Assembly: GCA_002633005.1 (NCBI GenBank)
Contig: NMRA01000422.1
Location: 330,146-394,145 of the forward strand
Origin: Phoronis australis
Taxonomy: Eukaryota; Animalia; Phoronida
DNA length: 64,000 nucleotides
Direction of reading: 5' to 3'
The notes under the pieces: generated by a model
The model's database searches: none
What the model was told of the DNA's origin: nothing
What the model saw: the letters and a program-made list of their open reading frames with translations, nothing else
Shown here: in pieces, positions 55,401 through 64,000 of the stretch
How positions within the stretch are numbered: position 1 is the first letter of the stretch
How the letters are laid out: every line of letters starts with the position of its first letter
Made by a program: the position numbers and the translations under genes

Positions 55401-58400
55401 TACTGAACGGGAGGCTGAAATAGGGAATTGAGAGCGCACAGTCGGCACGGGCGGCTACCAATCCAATGGCTCAGTTCTACTAAACTCAGGAGAGAATCCG
55501 TTAACATTATTTCACATTTTTATTATTTGGTTTCTGTTTTATACTCGTTTACAAAATTCCCCATGTAACGGTGAAATATTTTTGTTAACGTTTTGGTTTT
55601 TCAACTGTGTAGTTACTGATGAGTTTTACAGTTTTGTCGGTTCTCACAACTATTCGCAAAAAACGTTGAATCTGTCATTCACTGAAAAGCAGACGAGACG
55701 ATTACACTTTGCGGAACGACATTTGTAACGTTGGTAGGTCTTTAATTTGATTTGGTCACGTTGTGTTATTTCCCTGTTATTTGAATTTCAAACTTGCCGA
55801 ATGGACTCTATTAATTGCAAAACACAGGGAAAAGCCAGCCGAGCTCACGGCCCTGCAAGTCCGCGCTTGTTCTATGTTCAGATCGAGTCAGGTTTGTGTA
55901 GACTGCTTCGAGGCGGTGTGGGTCGTGGATCGAGAGGGTCATGAGTCGAGGGGATCGTACATGTAGGTCGAGGGGGTCGGGGGTGTGGGGTTCGAGGAAT
56001 TTTAAAAAAATCCCCTCTTACATGGCAAACGCACGTGCACAAAGCCAGCGCACCCTTGAGAAACAGCATGCGCGCATCCAGCCGTTAATATGGGGGGCTC
56101 GAATGTCTGAAAAAGTGGACCTTTTGTTCACAAAAAGCGGGAGGACTAAAAGAATAAACGGCACCACATTCAAGTCTGTGACTTTTGCGTCTGCGCCTTT
56201 TTAGTGCACTTTTGTCTCGTTTTCTCGGACTATTTGTTTCTCTGAGGCGGACCTTTTTACCCACTTCGCTGGGTGCGCGCATGAACAGAAGCTACATGTA
56301 GCAAAATGTCCAAAATGCTGTGACTTTGAGATCGATGTACCTCTTTCATGAAAGTCTGGGTATGTTTGCCATGTTCACCTTTACTTGTGTACGAGTTTCT
56401 TTGCCGCATGCTGCAAACATCTCGATGTTGACTTTATTTCATAGAATGTGGCGGTGTGCTGTCTGACGCCAGTGGCATTATCACCAGCCCCAACTACCCT
56501 TCCGCATACCATCCTAATGTAGCATGTGTGTGGGTAATTCAAGCACCAAACGGTCACAAGATACAGGTAGGAAAACTTGCTCCAGGAAACTAGAATTGTC
56601 GCCTGATGTGTGTAAAGTTCTGTAACATCAACATCCACGACGAGCTAAAAGGTGTCGCGTTACCCTGACACTAAGACGCAGTCACAAAGCAATGACGTCA
56701 ACGATCTTGAGATCGGTGATCCTATTTCTGTCAATGGGGTGGTGCATATAAAAAGTGTCAAGCCCGTCTTGCTACACTTTTGTAATAAAATTGTTGTGGT
56801 TTTAATGACTGCAAATGTGTTAAAAAATTTACACGTCCCACTCTTTTCAGAAGCAACAAAACTATAATTGAAGCTGGCCGACCGTTTAAGGCGGCCGTGT
56901 GAGTGCATATGTCAGTCGTATGATAATGCAGTTGTGGGTGAAGGGTAGCTATTGAAACAAATATTCAACTGTATGCAATTAGACTTCAATGCATCAGCAA
57001 CTGCAATTATGGAATATAGCAACCTCTTAGCTCGAAAATTTAATGAGCGCGAAACGGCCAAAGTCAAGCAAAAAGTCTCTTGATTTTTTCCAAGAGTGAA
57101 GAGCGTGACACACAATAACCGCGTCACATGTTAGCTCCCCTGCTGTGTAGAGAAATTATAAAAGAACTCAGCGTGCAAGTATCGATAGCAACTAATCGAG
57201 CTAAACTGATGCTAAAGAAATCGTTTTTGGTGGAGTGCTCTTTAAAACATTCACCTAGCCGATTGCACCGGATAATTACTGGCGCAGGCGCGGGCAAGAA
57301 ATGGAACGCACCACCTAAGCCATTCTCTTACGCTATGGGCGTACGCAAGTCCCCACCGCCCGATGTTTTAGTATTACTACAACATGAGGTGTTCGAGTTG
57401 AGCGGCCAAACTACGCAAACTTTTGGCAGCTGACAAGTACATGTACATGGTATTGGTCTCGGTAGCCATAAGAGCCTGACAATGAAAGACATGGAGTTAT
57501 GTCCCTTGTATTTGCTAAGATTCCGACTGCAGGTTAGACCCACGGGCACGCCGAGTGAAACTGTCTGACCAGAATAGGCCTATGGTCTGCCATCGATTTG
57601 CGTAAACCAAACTAAACTACATGTAGCCTAGTTGGGTATATTTTAAAAGCGCACCTTGATCATTGCCGTCATGGTTGAATGGCGAGGTTAAAATCATACA
57701 GTGTAAGAGACTCAGAACCCGAAACATGTAGGAATTCCCAATCCCTAGAGAGTCATGACTGCATGCACACGGCGCTGAATGTGTTTGTACTCCGCAATTG
57801 TAACGCTACTGTTAACTTGATCCCCACTTGTGAAACACCTAACAAGGCACACGATAAACATTTTGCAGCGACTCCATTCCAAGGGAAAAAGGTGCATTTT
57901 GCTCGTGTAATATGATTGCTCAGTGGTCTTTCCCTTCTGCTTTCAGATCCAAACCCTGGAATTTAACGTAGGCCTACAGATCAGTAAAGATTGTCATCTC
58001 GACTATGTGACAGTTCTGAACGGTGGCTACCCTTCGTCTCCTTCTATCGGACGATTCTGCGGCAACGTAACAAACGCGATTAAATTGCGGTCGATGAACA
58101 ACCGCCTTCGTGTCGAATTAATAGTGATTTCTTGTCAGCTGGTGGACGATTCAAAATACGTTACAACATCGACAACACAGGTTTGTTCGCTTTCACAGAA
58201 CGATAGTTATGCCATCTGGCTTTTCATGCGCACTGGTTATTGTACTGTTTACTGGGATATCTCGGATCCAACACATTTGGCTCATGAGAAGGGTCTAGTA
58301 TCAGCAAACTGCACTGGGTTTTCATTTACAAGTGTTGCTGTGCTGTAAATTCAAAACTACACTAAGAGATAAAAACGCTTTACCTGTTCTAAATGTGTTT

Positions 58401-58636
58401 GGGTGTTTTTCATTACACCATGTACATGTACCGTACATGCACAAAGGTGTGGACTTATCTATAAAAGGAAGTGAGTGTTCGCGTGTATTTTGTGACCTTC
58501 TTTCCCTTCAGGTTGCGGAGGTGTTTTGCATGCGGCCAATGGCCATATAACTTCGCCCAACTACCCCCATCACTACCCACATAATACCCAGTGCATCTGG
58601 GACATTATAGTGGTTTCAGGGAATCAATTGCTTTAA
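19277..58636 (+). CDS. CUBN: Cubilin-like multi-CUB gene, partial (8 complete CUB domains plus a partial 9th; 5' end not seen; last two exons frameshifted)
   Basis: 16 AG/GT-bounded exons with matching phases for exons 1-14. Repeated CGG..SPxYP..C.W..FCG..GF CUB motifs. Linkers such as GFRARYAIALCGG, YEASLKDCGG, YSSDNPAVCGG and YSFSECGG follow the order of cubilin CUB15-21 as I recall it. Orthologue versus paralogue status is unproven. Confidence 0.8.
21008..22731. mobile_element. Kolobok-type element, internally deleted (copy 1); THAP on minus strand, KolX/P2X7-like start on plus strand
   Basis: TTAA|ATGAGAATGCCACCC ... GGGTGGCATTGTCCT TIRs; THAP signature C.V..C...FFRLP......KW...VCGRHF (22267-22557); GYQFEPEY remnant; colinear with 36107-38107. 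Confidence 0.8.
23101..26930 (-). mobile_element. 5'-truncated RTE-X-like LINE, split by a Kolobok-like insertion at 23548-26030
   Basis: LFFAD(D)LVL RT motif; LFDSMIMPILTYGAEIWG..GECGR; FRCSGHSLNIEKGR...EDEPHFMCRCP; AATAAA followed by (ATT)n tail at 23101-23121. Confidence 0.85.
23548..26030. mobile_element. Non-autonomous Kolobok-like element (TTAA TSD)
   Basis: TTAA at 23544-23547 and 26031-26034; ends ATTCCTGCTCTCAAAC and revcomp AGTCCTGGTCTTACAC. Removing it rejoins LINE coding (CSLI|KSDLVSEQY). Confidence 0.75.
27243..28070 (-). mobile_element. Tc1/mariner transposon relic
   Basis: Minus-strand KEFPGKGW-like, GSVVRKNGCGRPKTERSKENE, RVARDLQVSKSSVQR..K...LKPFK HTH and (IIS)TDE first catalytic motif; CAGGGTGTC-type terminus at 28070 and weaker partner at 27243. 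Confidence 0.7.
28316..28468 (+). CDS. CUB gene exon 2 (CUB-a C-half)
   Basis: tttag|G and G|gtatag; LGKYCGSD...FETDSSVTKKGFQAVY. Confidence 0.92.
29701..29904 (+). CDS. CUB gene exon 3 (CUB-b N-half)
   Basis: tacag|G and G|gtaaga; KCGGNLVAN...SPGYPTRY...CDYDSLSVY. Confidence 0.92.
31940..33560 (+). mobile_element. 5'-truncated Hero-type LINE in a CUB-gene intron
   Basis: ALMDDLTIT RT motif, RMKFKPRKSR, IKCLGKWY, FLLRSVYDVLPSPSNL, RYRWRHNQV, LRPDIIL..LELTVPWEE endonuclease, PVEVGRRGF. Confidence 0.88.
35066..35215 (+). CDS. CUB gene exon 4 (CUB-b C-half)
   Basis: tttag|G and G|gtgaga; LGKYCGSN...FITDGSATAKGFQAEY. Confidence 0.92.
   Translation, partial: VPRLHRITSANIVAVTELRSLHYSCLKFYKFFSSLMAQLRQRDSKLNTR
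35901..38360. mobile_element. Second copy of the 23548-26030 family (opposite orientation), interrupted by Kolobok copy 2; right end uncertain
   Basis: TTAA|AGTCCT start; 35920-36105 and 38108-38355 match the reverse complement of about 25480-25925 (e.g. ACAATTCATTCAGGAACCCA, TGTTACCAGCCTGCAAA, ACAGAAATTATTTTG). Confidence 0.75.
36107..38107. mobile_element. Kolobok-type element, internally deleted (copy 2); P2X7-ballast/KolX-like ORF (+) converging on a THAP remnant (-)
   Basis: TTAA at 36103-36106 and 38108-38111; TIR GAATGG/CCA..C; GYHFEPEY...RLNNLSWCQ*ANCTVM...CNCGHEIPQ...CFMDHSDF at about 37190-37640. Confidence 0.82.
39143..39327 (+). CDS. CUB gene exon 5
   Basis: ttcag|A and GAG|gtagcc, phase 1-0; CESLLRGTQGVIQAPSFPNKY...CSGIYLE. 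Confidence 0.9.
41602..41847. mobile_element. hAT-like MITE, diverged copy of the 56067-56283 family
   Basis: Shares GCGCATCCAGCC..GGGGGGCTCGAAT, GTGGACCTTTT and TTTGTTTCTCTGAGGCGGA with 56067-56283. Confidence 0.7.
41976..42334 (+). CDS. CUB gene exon 6 (end of one CUB, start of next)
   Basis: cacag|G and GG|gtacgt, phase 0-2; VRNGRYSNSPP...LCGNY...SPNYPSNYPHSIECIW...FDIE. Confidence 0.92.
43206..43384 (+). CDS. CUB gene exon 7
   Basis: tccag|T and G|gtaatc, phase 2-1; CPFDFLEVRDG...IGRFCGN...GFRARYAI. Confidence 0.93.
43560..43766 (+). CDS. CUB gene exon 8
   Basis: tctag|C and G|gtaagt; LCGGTF...SPNFPSNY...CTWYINGPFGHYI...CTRDFIEF. Confidence 0.93.
44248..44388 (+). CDS. CUB gene exon 9
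   Basis: catag|G and G|gtatat; LLGKFCG...FVSDSSVTARGFRVRYEASLK (missed by the ORF track). Confidence 0.92.
46125..46312 (+). CDS. CUB gene exon 10
   Basis: cgcag|A and TCC|gtaagt, phase 1-0; CGGNFVASNGTFTSPYYPNAY...GRRIKL. Confidence 0.9.
47800..47985 (-). mobile_element. Possible tRNA-derived SINE fragment
   Basis: Minus strand GTGGGGTCGAGTCCTGGTCGGGGCA resembles a tRNA T-arm/B-box; no cloverleaf or clear A-box. Confidence 0.35.
48085..48256 (+). CDS. CUB gene exon 11
   Basis: tgaag|A and G|gtaggt, phase 0-1; IYDGVLDDSPRILRLCG...SSSNTMKLVF...GFSASYSSDNPA. Confidence 0.9.
48689..48906. repeat. Near-perfect tandem duplication (109/102 bp)
   Basis: GAAGGTG starts at 48689, 48798 and 48900; copies differ only by small indels. 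Confidence 0.9.
50061..50264 (+). CDS. CUB gene exon 12
   Basis: ttcag|T and G|gtaagt; CGGRI...SPGY...CTW...FDLESSLTCRHDFIEVKD. Confidence 0.93.
50970..53420 (-). mobile_element. Decayed Academ-like DNA transposon in a CUB-gene intron; ends uncertain
   Basis: Minus-strand FFVFDRI....Q...RSK, PDGTD and HAFEGTGITGLFSRTGKATW, resembling the HAxxGCDxxSxFxGxGK XPG-like motif. Confidence 0.55.
54182..54346 (+). CDS. CUB gene exon 13
   Basis: tgcag|G and G|gtaaat; LVGRYCG...VRFRTD...RGFNLTYSFS. Confidence 0.92.
55270..55409. repeat. Inverted repeat / MITE-like hairpin
   Basis: CGTTCAGTAATGAGAGGACCT vs AGGTCCTATTGTTACTGAACG. Confidence 0.6.
56067..56283. mobile_element. hAT-like MITE with 5-bp TSD
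   Basis: TIR CATGCGCGCATCCAGC / GCTGGGTGCGCGCATG; AACAG on both flanks. Confidence 0.8.
56445..56566 (+). CDS. CUB gene exon 14
   Basis: catag|A and CAG|gtagga, phase 1-0; CGGVLSDASGIITSPNYPSAY...CVWVIQAPNGHKIQ. Confidence 0.92.
57947..58180 (+). CDS. CUB gene exon 15, with 1-bp deletion near 58118
   Basis: ttcag|A and CAG|gtttgt; DYVTVLNGGYPSSPSIGRFCGN. The CUB tail (F)NSDFLSAGGRFKIRYNIDNT lies in a shifted frame, and the exon is 234 nt where 235 is needed for a phase-1 exit. Confidence 0.85.
58512..58636 (+). pseudogene. CUB gene exon 16, degenerate and truncated CUB
   Basis: ttcag|G; CGGVLHAANGHITSPNYPHHYPHNTQCIWDI, then TAA at 58634-58636; AATAAA at 58685-58690. Confidence 0.8.
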
Positions 58637-59687
58637 CTATTTTGACCAACTGGTGAATGTGTTGAAAACTAGGCAAAAAGCACCAATAAAGTTTTTGAAA
58701 AAGTAGATACTTATCATTTTCCTTTTGTAAGGATAATGTTGCAAGAGAAGAAGTTCTCACTATACTGTGTTAAGATAAGCAATGTAATGATCATCTAGAG
58801 GAACTTGATCAGCACGGTAATAATTTTTTTTTTAACTTTAGTATGTGATTCTTCTTCAGTTTGATCAAAAACCTATTAAATTAACAGCTACCTTATGAAT
58901 TTTTGCATGATAGAAGCGGGCTGTGACCGCAAGTTGTAGTGTACGTACCCTTACATACAACTGTGATGCATTAGGCCATAAAATTTTATTTGGGTGGTTC
59001 TTGTGCAAAAATCCTTTAGATTGTAAACCTGGAATGATGGTACTTTATAATAAATTAGCTTTTACAGTTATGTTACAACCTTCATTTTTCACCAAAAGTG
59101 GCCACCGAATATGGACCTTAATTGTGATTTGCCCGTATATTTTAGAGGGGTTTAAGATGGTCAATTCCTTATTTGGCACTTCCGATGACGAAATTTTCAC
59201 TTTGTATTTTGATTGGTTTTTACGTTTAAGTTGAGTTCCCTAATTTAGCGCAACTTGGAACATTCGCAGTGCGAATACGCCTTTAAAAAGGGGCACCTCA
59301 CGCTCAAACTTCGGATTCTACCGGGTTTCATTTCTATCTGGTAAAAATCTCAACTTTTTAACTCTATTGGGTCTCGCTACTATCGGGAAAGAGTCTCAGC
59401 TTCTCGAATTTTAGCTTTTACTTTAATTTACAATCTTTTCATTACTCAACTTTGGGAACTGACTAGTGAGGGTACAATGACGACGGAAGCTAATGATGTG
59501 TTGTAAGTTTGTATAGCTTTGTATTTTACATTTAGCGTATAATAAACTCAGCATGTTTATCAACTTCTCTCTTGTTTCTCTCTCTATAAGTTGTCACCAT
59601 GGTTTTCTCGTATGCGATTCGAAGGCCTGTGAAAAAGTACACTATGCTGCAAATATTTTTATCAGCTACGAACACTCGACATTTTCT

Positions 59688-62600
59688 CTGGTCTCCACTA
59701 GCCTCCACTGGCGTCTACTTGCCTCCAATGGCCTTCACTCGTTTCTACTGCCCTCCACTAGCCCCTATTGGCCTCCACGGACGAACACGGTCGCCACTGG
59801 TTTCCTCTGGACTTCACTGGCTTCCACAGGTTTCTACTTGCCTCCACTGGCCTTCACTGGCCTTCACTGGCCTTCACTGGCGTCCACTGGCGTCCACTGG
59901 CGTCTACTTGCCGCCACAGGTGTCCATTGGCCCCCACTCGCTTCCTTTGGCATCCACTGGCCTCCAACGGTCTCCGGTGGCCTCCACTACTGGCCTCCAC
60001 TAGCCTCCACAATACTCCATCCGCTACTACTCGCTCTAAATGGCCTCCAGCGTCCTCCACTGGCCTCCACTGGCCTCCAGTGGCCTCCGCTAGCCTCTGC
60101 TGGTCTTAGCTGGCCTCCAGTGGTCTTCGATAGACTCCTCTGGAATTCACCGGCCTCCAGTTTCCTCCACTGTCCTCGACTGGTCTCCACTTGGCTCCAC
60201 TGGCCTCCCATGGCCTTTATTTGCTTCTAGTGCCCTCCACTCACGTCCATTGGCCTCTGCGCGAACACGGGTCTCCACTGGTTTCCATTGGACTTCACTG
60301 GCCTCCACTGATCGCGAATTTTCCGGAGATTCCGCCTCCTCAAGTGAAACGTCTATTGCCGGAAATCCAACCGTAAAAATCGATGCCCTTCCATTCCTAG
60401 GCCCTCTGACCCTCTCGCAGTAGATAAAAAGAAAAAACCTGACTTTCAACGGTTGAGGTTTCGTCAATCAGCATAAAACTTTCCACGACTTTGCCCTAAC
60501 CCGAAAAACCGCGAATTTTCCTGAGATTCCGCCTCCTCAATTGAAACGTATATCGCCGAAAACCCAACCGTTAAAATCGACGCCCTTCCATTCCTAGGCC
60601 CTCTGACCCTCTCGCAGTAAATAAAAAGGCCTCCGTTGGCATCTACTGGACTCCACTGGTCTTCAATGGCTTACACAGGCCTCCACAAGCCACCATTGGC
60701 CTCCACTGGCCTTTACTGGCCTTAACTGGACTTTAATGGCTTCCACTATCCTCCAATGGATTCCAATGGCCACCACTGGCCTCCACTGGCCTCCACTGGC
60801 CTCCACTGGCCTCCACTGGCCTCCACTGGCCCCCACTGTCCTCCACTAGCCTCCACTGGATTCCACTGGACTCCACTGGCCACCACTGGTCTTCACTGGC
60901 CTCCAATGGCCTCCACTGGCGTCTACTCGCCTCCACAGGTCTCCATTGGCCGCCACTCGCTTCTTCTTGCTTTCAATGGCCTCCACGGCCCTTCCGGCGC
61001 CTCCACCGGTCTCCAGTATCTTCCGCTGGCCTCTGCTGGCATAGGCTGGCCGCACTGCCCTCCGCAAACCTCCACTTGCCTCCGCTGGCCTCCAGTGGCC
61101 TCCACTGGCCTCCAGTAGTCTTCACTGGCCTCCAGTGGCCTCACGTACCCTCCACTGGGCTCCCGTGGCCTCCGCCGGCCCCTGCCTACATCCCCTGGCC
61201 TCCTTGGCCTCTGCAGATCTCCTCTGGCCTCCACTGGCCTCCACTGGCCTCCAGTGGCCTGCAGTAGACTACACTGGGCTCCCGTGGCCTTAGCAGGCCT
61301 CCGCCTACATCCGCTGGACTCCACTGGCTTCCGCTGTCTTTTACTGACCTCTACTGAACTGTGCTGGCCTCCACAGGAATATTCCAATGTCCACTGGCCT
61401 CCAGTGGCCTCCATTCCCTTTCACAGGCCTCCACTGTCCTCCGCTGGTCTCCAACGGTCTCCACCAGCCTGCACTGGCCTCCAGTGGCCTCCACTGCCTC
61501 CAACCCACTACAGCGGATACATTGGCCTCCACTCGCCTCCACACGCCTAAACTGGCTTCCACACGCCTCCACTAGCCTCCACTGGAATTTAGTGGTCTCC
61601 ACTGGCCTCCACTGGCCTCCAGTATTTTCCACTTGCCTCCACGTGCCCCCACTTTTCTCCAATTGCGTCCACTGCCCACCACTGTCCTCTACTGGCCTCC
61701 AGGGGCCTCCACTGTAGTCCACTGGAATCCACTGGACTCCACTGGCCACCACTAGCCACCACTGGCCTCCACTGGCCTCCACTGGCCTCCACTGACCTCC
61801 ACTGGCCTCCACTGTGTCCACTGTCCTCCACTGGCCTTTAACGGCCTCCACTGACTTCTACTGGCTTCCAATGGACTGCAGTGAAATCCACTGGCCTTCC
61901 GTGGCTTATATAAGCCTCCACTGGCCTCCACTGGCCTCCACTGGAATCCACTCAACTCCACTGGCCTTCACTGGCCTCCACTGGCTTCCACTGGCCTATG
62001 CTCTCTTCCACTGGTCGCCACTGGGCCTCCAGTGACCTCCACTGGTCTCCACTGGACTCCACTGGCCACCACTGGCCTTCATTGGCCTCCAGTGGCCTGT
62101 ACTGGTCTCTAATGGCCTCCAGTGGCCTCCACATGCCTCCATTGGATTCCGCTCTCCTCCACTGGCCTCCACTGGTGTCCACGGACCTCCGCCGACTTGC
62201 ACTGGCCTCCGCTGGCCTCCACCGGCCTCGAGTGGGCTCCACTTCTTCCGCTGGCCTCCAAAAGCCTTCACTCGCCTCCACTCGTCTCCACGCGCCTTCA
62301 TTGGGTTCCATTAGCCTCCACTGGACACTACTGGCGTTCACTGGCCTCCACTAGGCTCCACTGGCCTCCACTTAGCCCTAGTGGTCTCCAATGGCCCCCA
62401 CTGGTCTCCACTGGCCTCCACTGGCCTCCAAGGGCCTCGAAGGCCCTCCACTGGTCCAATGCCCTCGACTAACCTTTAACGGCCTCCACTGGCCTCTACT
62501 GGCCTCCAATGGACTCCAGTGATTTCCACTGGCATTCAGTGGCTTATATAGGCCTCCGCTGGCCTCCACTGGCCTCCACTGGCCTCCACTGGCCTCCAGT

Positions 62601-64000
62601 GGACTCCAATGGCATCCACTGGCCTCCACTGTCCTCTGCAATCATCCGCTGGCCTGCGCTGGCCTCCAGTGGCCTCCAGTGGCCGACAGTGGCCTCACGT
62701 ACCCTCCACTGGGCTCCCGAGGCCTCCGCTGTCCTCCGCCTACATCCGCTGGCCTCCTTGGCCTATGTAGACCTCCGCTGGCCTCCCCTGGTCTCCACTG
62801 GCTTCCAGTGACCTCCAGTAGCCTACACTGGGCTCAAGTGGAATCCGCTGGCCTCCACCTACATCCTGCGGACTCCACTGGCCACCGCTGTCTTCCGCTA
62901 CCTTTTGCTGACACCGGCTGGCCTCTGCTGGCCTCAACTGGCCTCCGCTGGCCTCCAAAGGACTCCAGTGTTCTCCACGGGCCTCCACTGGAGTCCACTG
63001 GCATCTACTGGCATTCACGGGTCAACAGTGGCCTCCACTGGCTTCCAATTTCCTACACTGGCCTCCTCTGGCCTCCAGTAACCGCCAGCAGTCTCCACTG
63101 GCCTCCACTGGCCTACAGTGAAATCCGCTGGCCGTTGCTGACCCCCGCTGGCCTCTGATAGCCTCCATTGGTCTCCACTGGCCATCACTGCCCTCCCCTT
63201 GCCTTTACCCGCTTTCACTGGAATCCACTGGCCATCAGTGGCTTCTACTGGCCTCCACGGTCCTCCTTGCCCTCCACTGGCCTCCAATGGTGTCCATTGG
63301 CCTCCACTGGCCTCCACTGATGTCCACTGGCCTGAACTGGCCACCACTGGGCTCCACTGGTTTCCACTGGACTCCACTGGCCACCACTAGCCTTCTTTGG
63401 CCTCCACTGGCCTCTGCAGTGGCCTTAAGATGCCTCCATGGGACTTCACTCCCCTTCACTGGCCTCCACTGGTGTCCATGGGTCTCCACTGACTTCCACT
63501 GGCATCCACTGGCCTCTGCTAGCCTCCACCGGCCTCCAGTGTCCCCCACGTTTTCCACTGACCTCCACTTGCCTCCATTGGTATCCAATGGTGTCCACCG
63601 ATCTCCACTGGCCTCCACTGGCCTGCATTGGCCTCCAAAGCCTTCCACTGGCCTCCACTGTCCTCCACTGGCCTTTACTTGCTTCCACTGGTCTCCATTG
63701 TGTTCCACTGGTCATCACTGGCCTCCATTGGCCTCCACTGGCCTCCACTGGCCTCCACTGGCATCCACTGGCCTATAGTCCCTTCCACTGGCCTCCACTG
63801 GCCAGAACTGGCCTCCACTGACCTGCACTGGACGTCCATTGGCCTCCACTGGCCTCCACTGGTCTCCACGGATCTCCACTGGCCTCCAATGGTATCCACG
63901 GATCTCCCAAGGCCTCCACTGGCCTCCACCAGACTGCACGGGCCACCAGTGGTCTCCACTAACCTCCACTCCCCTCCAGCGACAGTCATTGGCCTCTACT
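59688..64000. repeat. Degenerate 10-bp minisatellite (GGCCTCCACT)n, running off the window
   Basis: Hundreds of units visible, with perfect runs such as 60775-60830; interrupted at 60313-60628. Confidence 0.95.
60313..60628. repeat. 197-bp-period direct repeat (about 119 bp duplicated) embedded in the minisatellite
   Basis: 60313-60431 matches 60510-60628 (CGCGAATTTTCC...CCTAGGCCCTCTGACCCTCTCGCAGTA). Confidence 0.9.

Noticed and set aside
59553-63989. Dozens of overlapping ORFs (HWPPLASTGL / QWRPVEASGG repeats)
   Set aside because: The 10-bp unit has no stop codon in any frame, so ORFs arise on both strands; frames switch freely and there are no splice signals.
59688-64000. CRISPR-like array
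   Set aside because: No unique spacers, no 23-47 bp conserved repeat, no cas genes, and the context is eukaryotic.

Overview
Repeat-rich invertebrate (metazoan) nuclear DNA, not prokaryotic. The only host gene I can support is a 16-exon, plus-strand CUB-domain gene (19277-58636). From memory, its domains are colinear with cubilin CUB15-21, preceded by two tandemly duplicated CUB14-like exon pairs. The first 14 exons splice in one open frame; the last two are damaged by frameshifts. The rest is a nest of decayed transposons: a Sola3-like element, Kolobok elements with THAP and P2X7-ballast/KolX-like remnants, Academ-like relics, a Tc1/mariner relic, Hero and RTE-X-like LINEs, and several MITEs. 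The last 4.3 kb is a 10-bp GGCCTCCACT minisatellite that explains the dense ORF calls there. The most striking signal is a pervasive palindromic scar at TA dinucleotides: TA to TACATGTA (at least 35 copies by eye) and TA to TAGGCCTA. Paralogous repeat copies inside the window show these are 6-bp insertions, and one appears to sit in frame in a host exon. Family assignments come from recalled motifs, not database searches.
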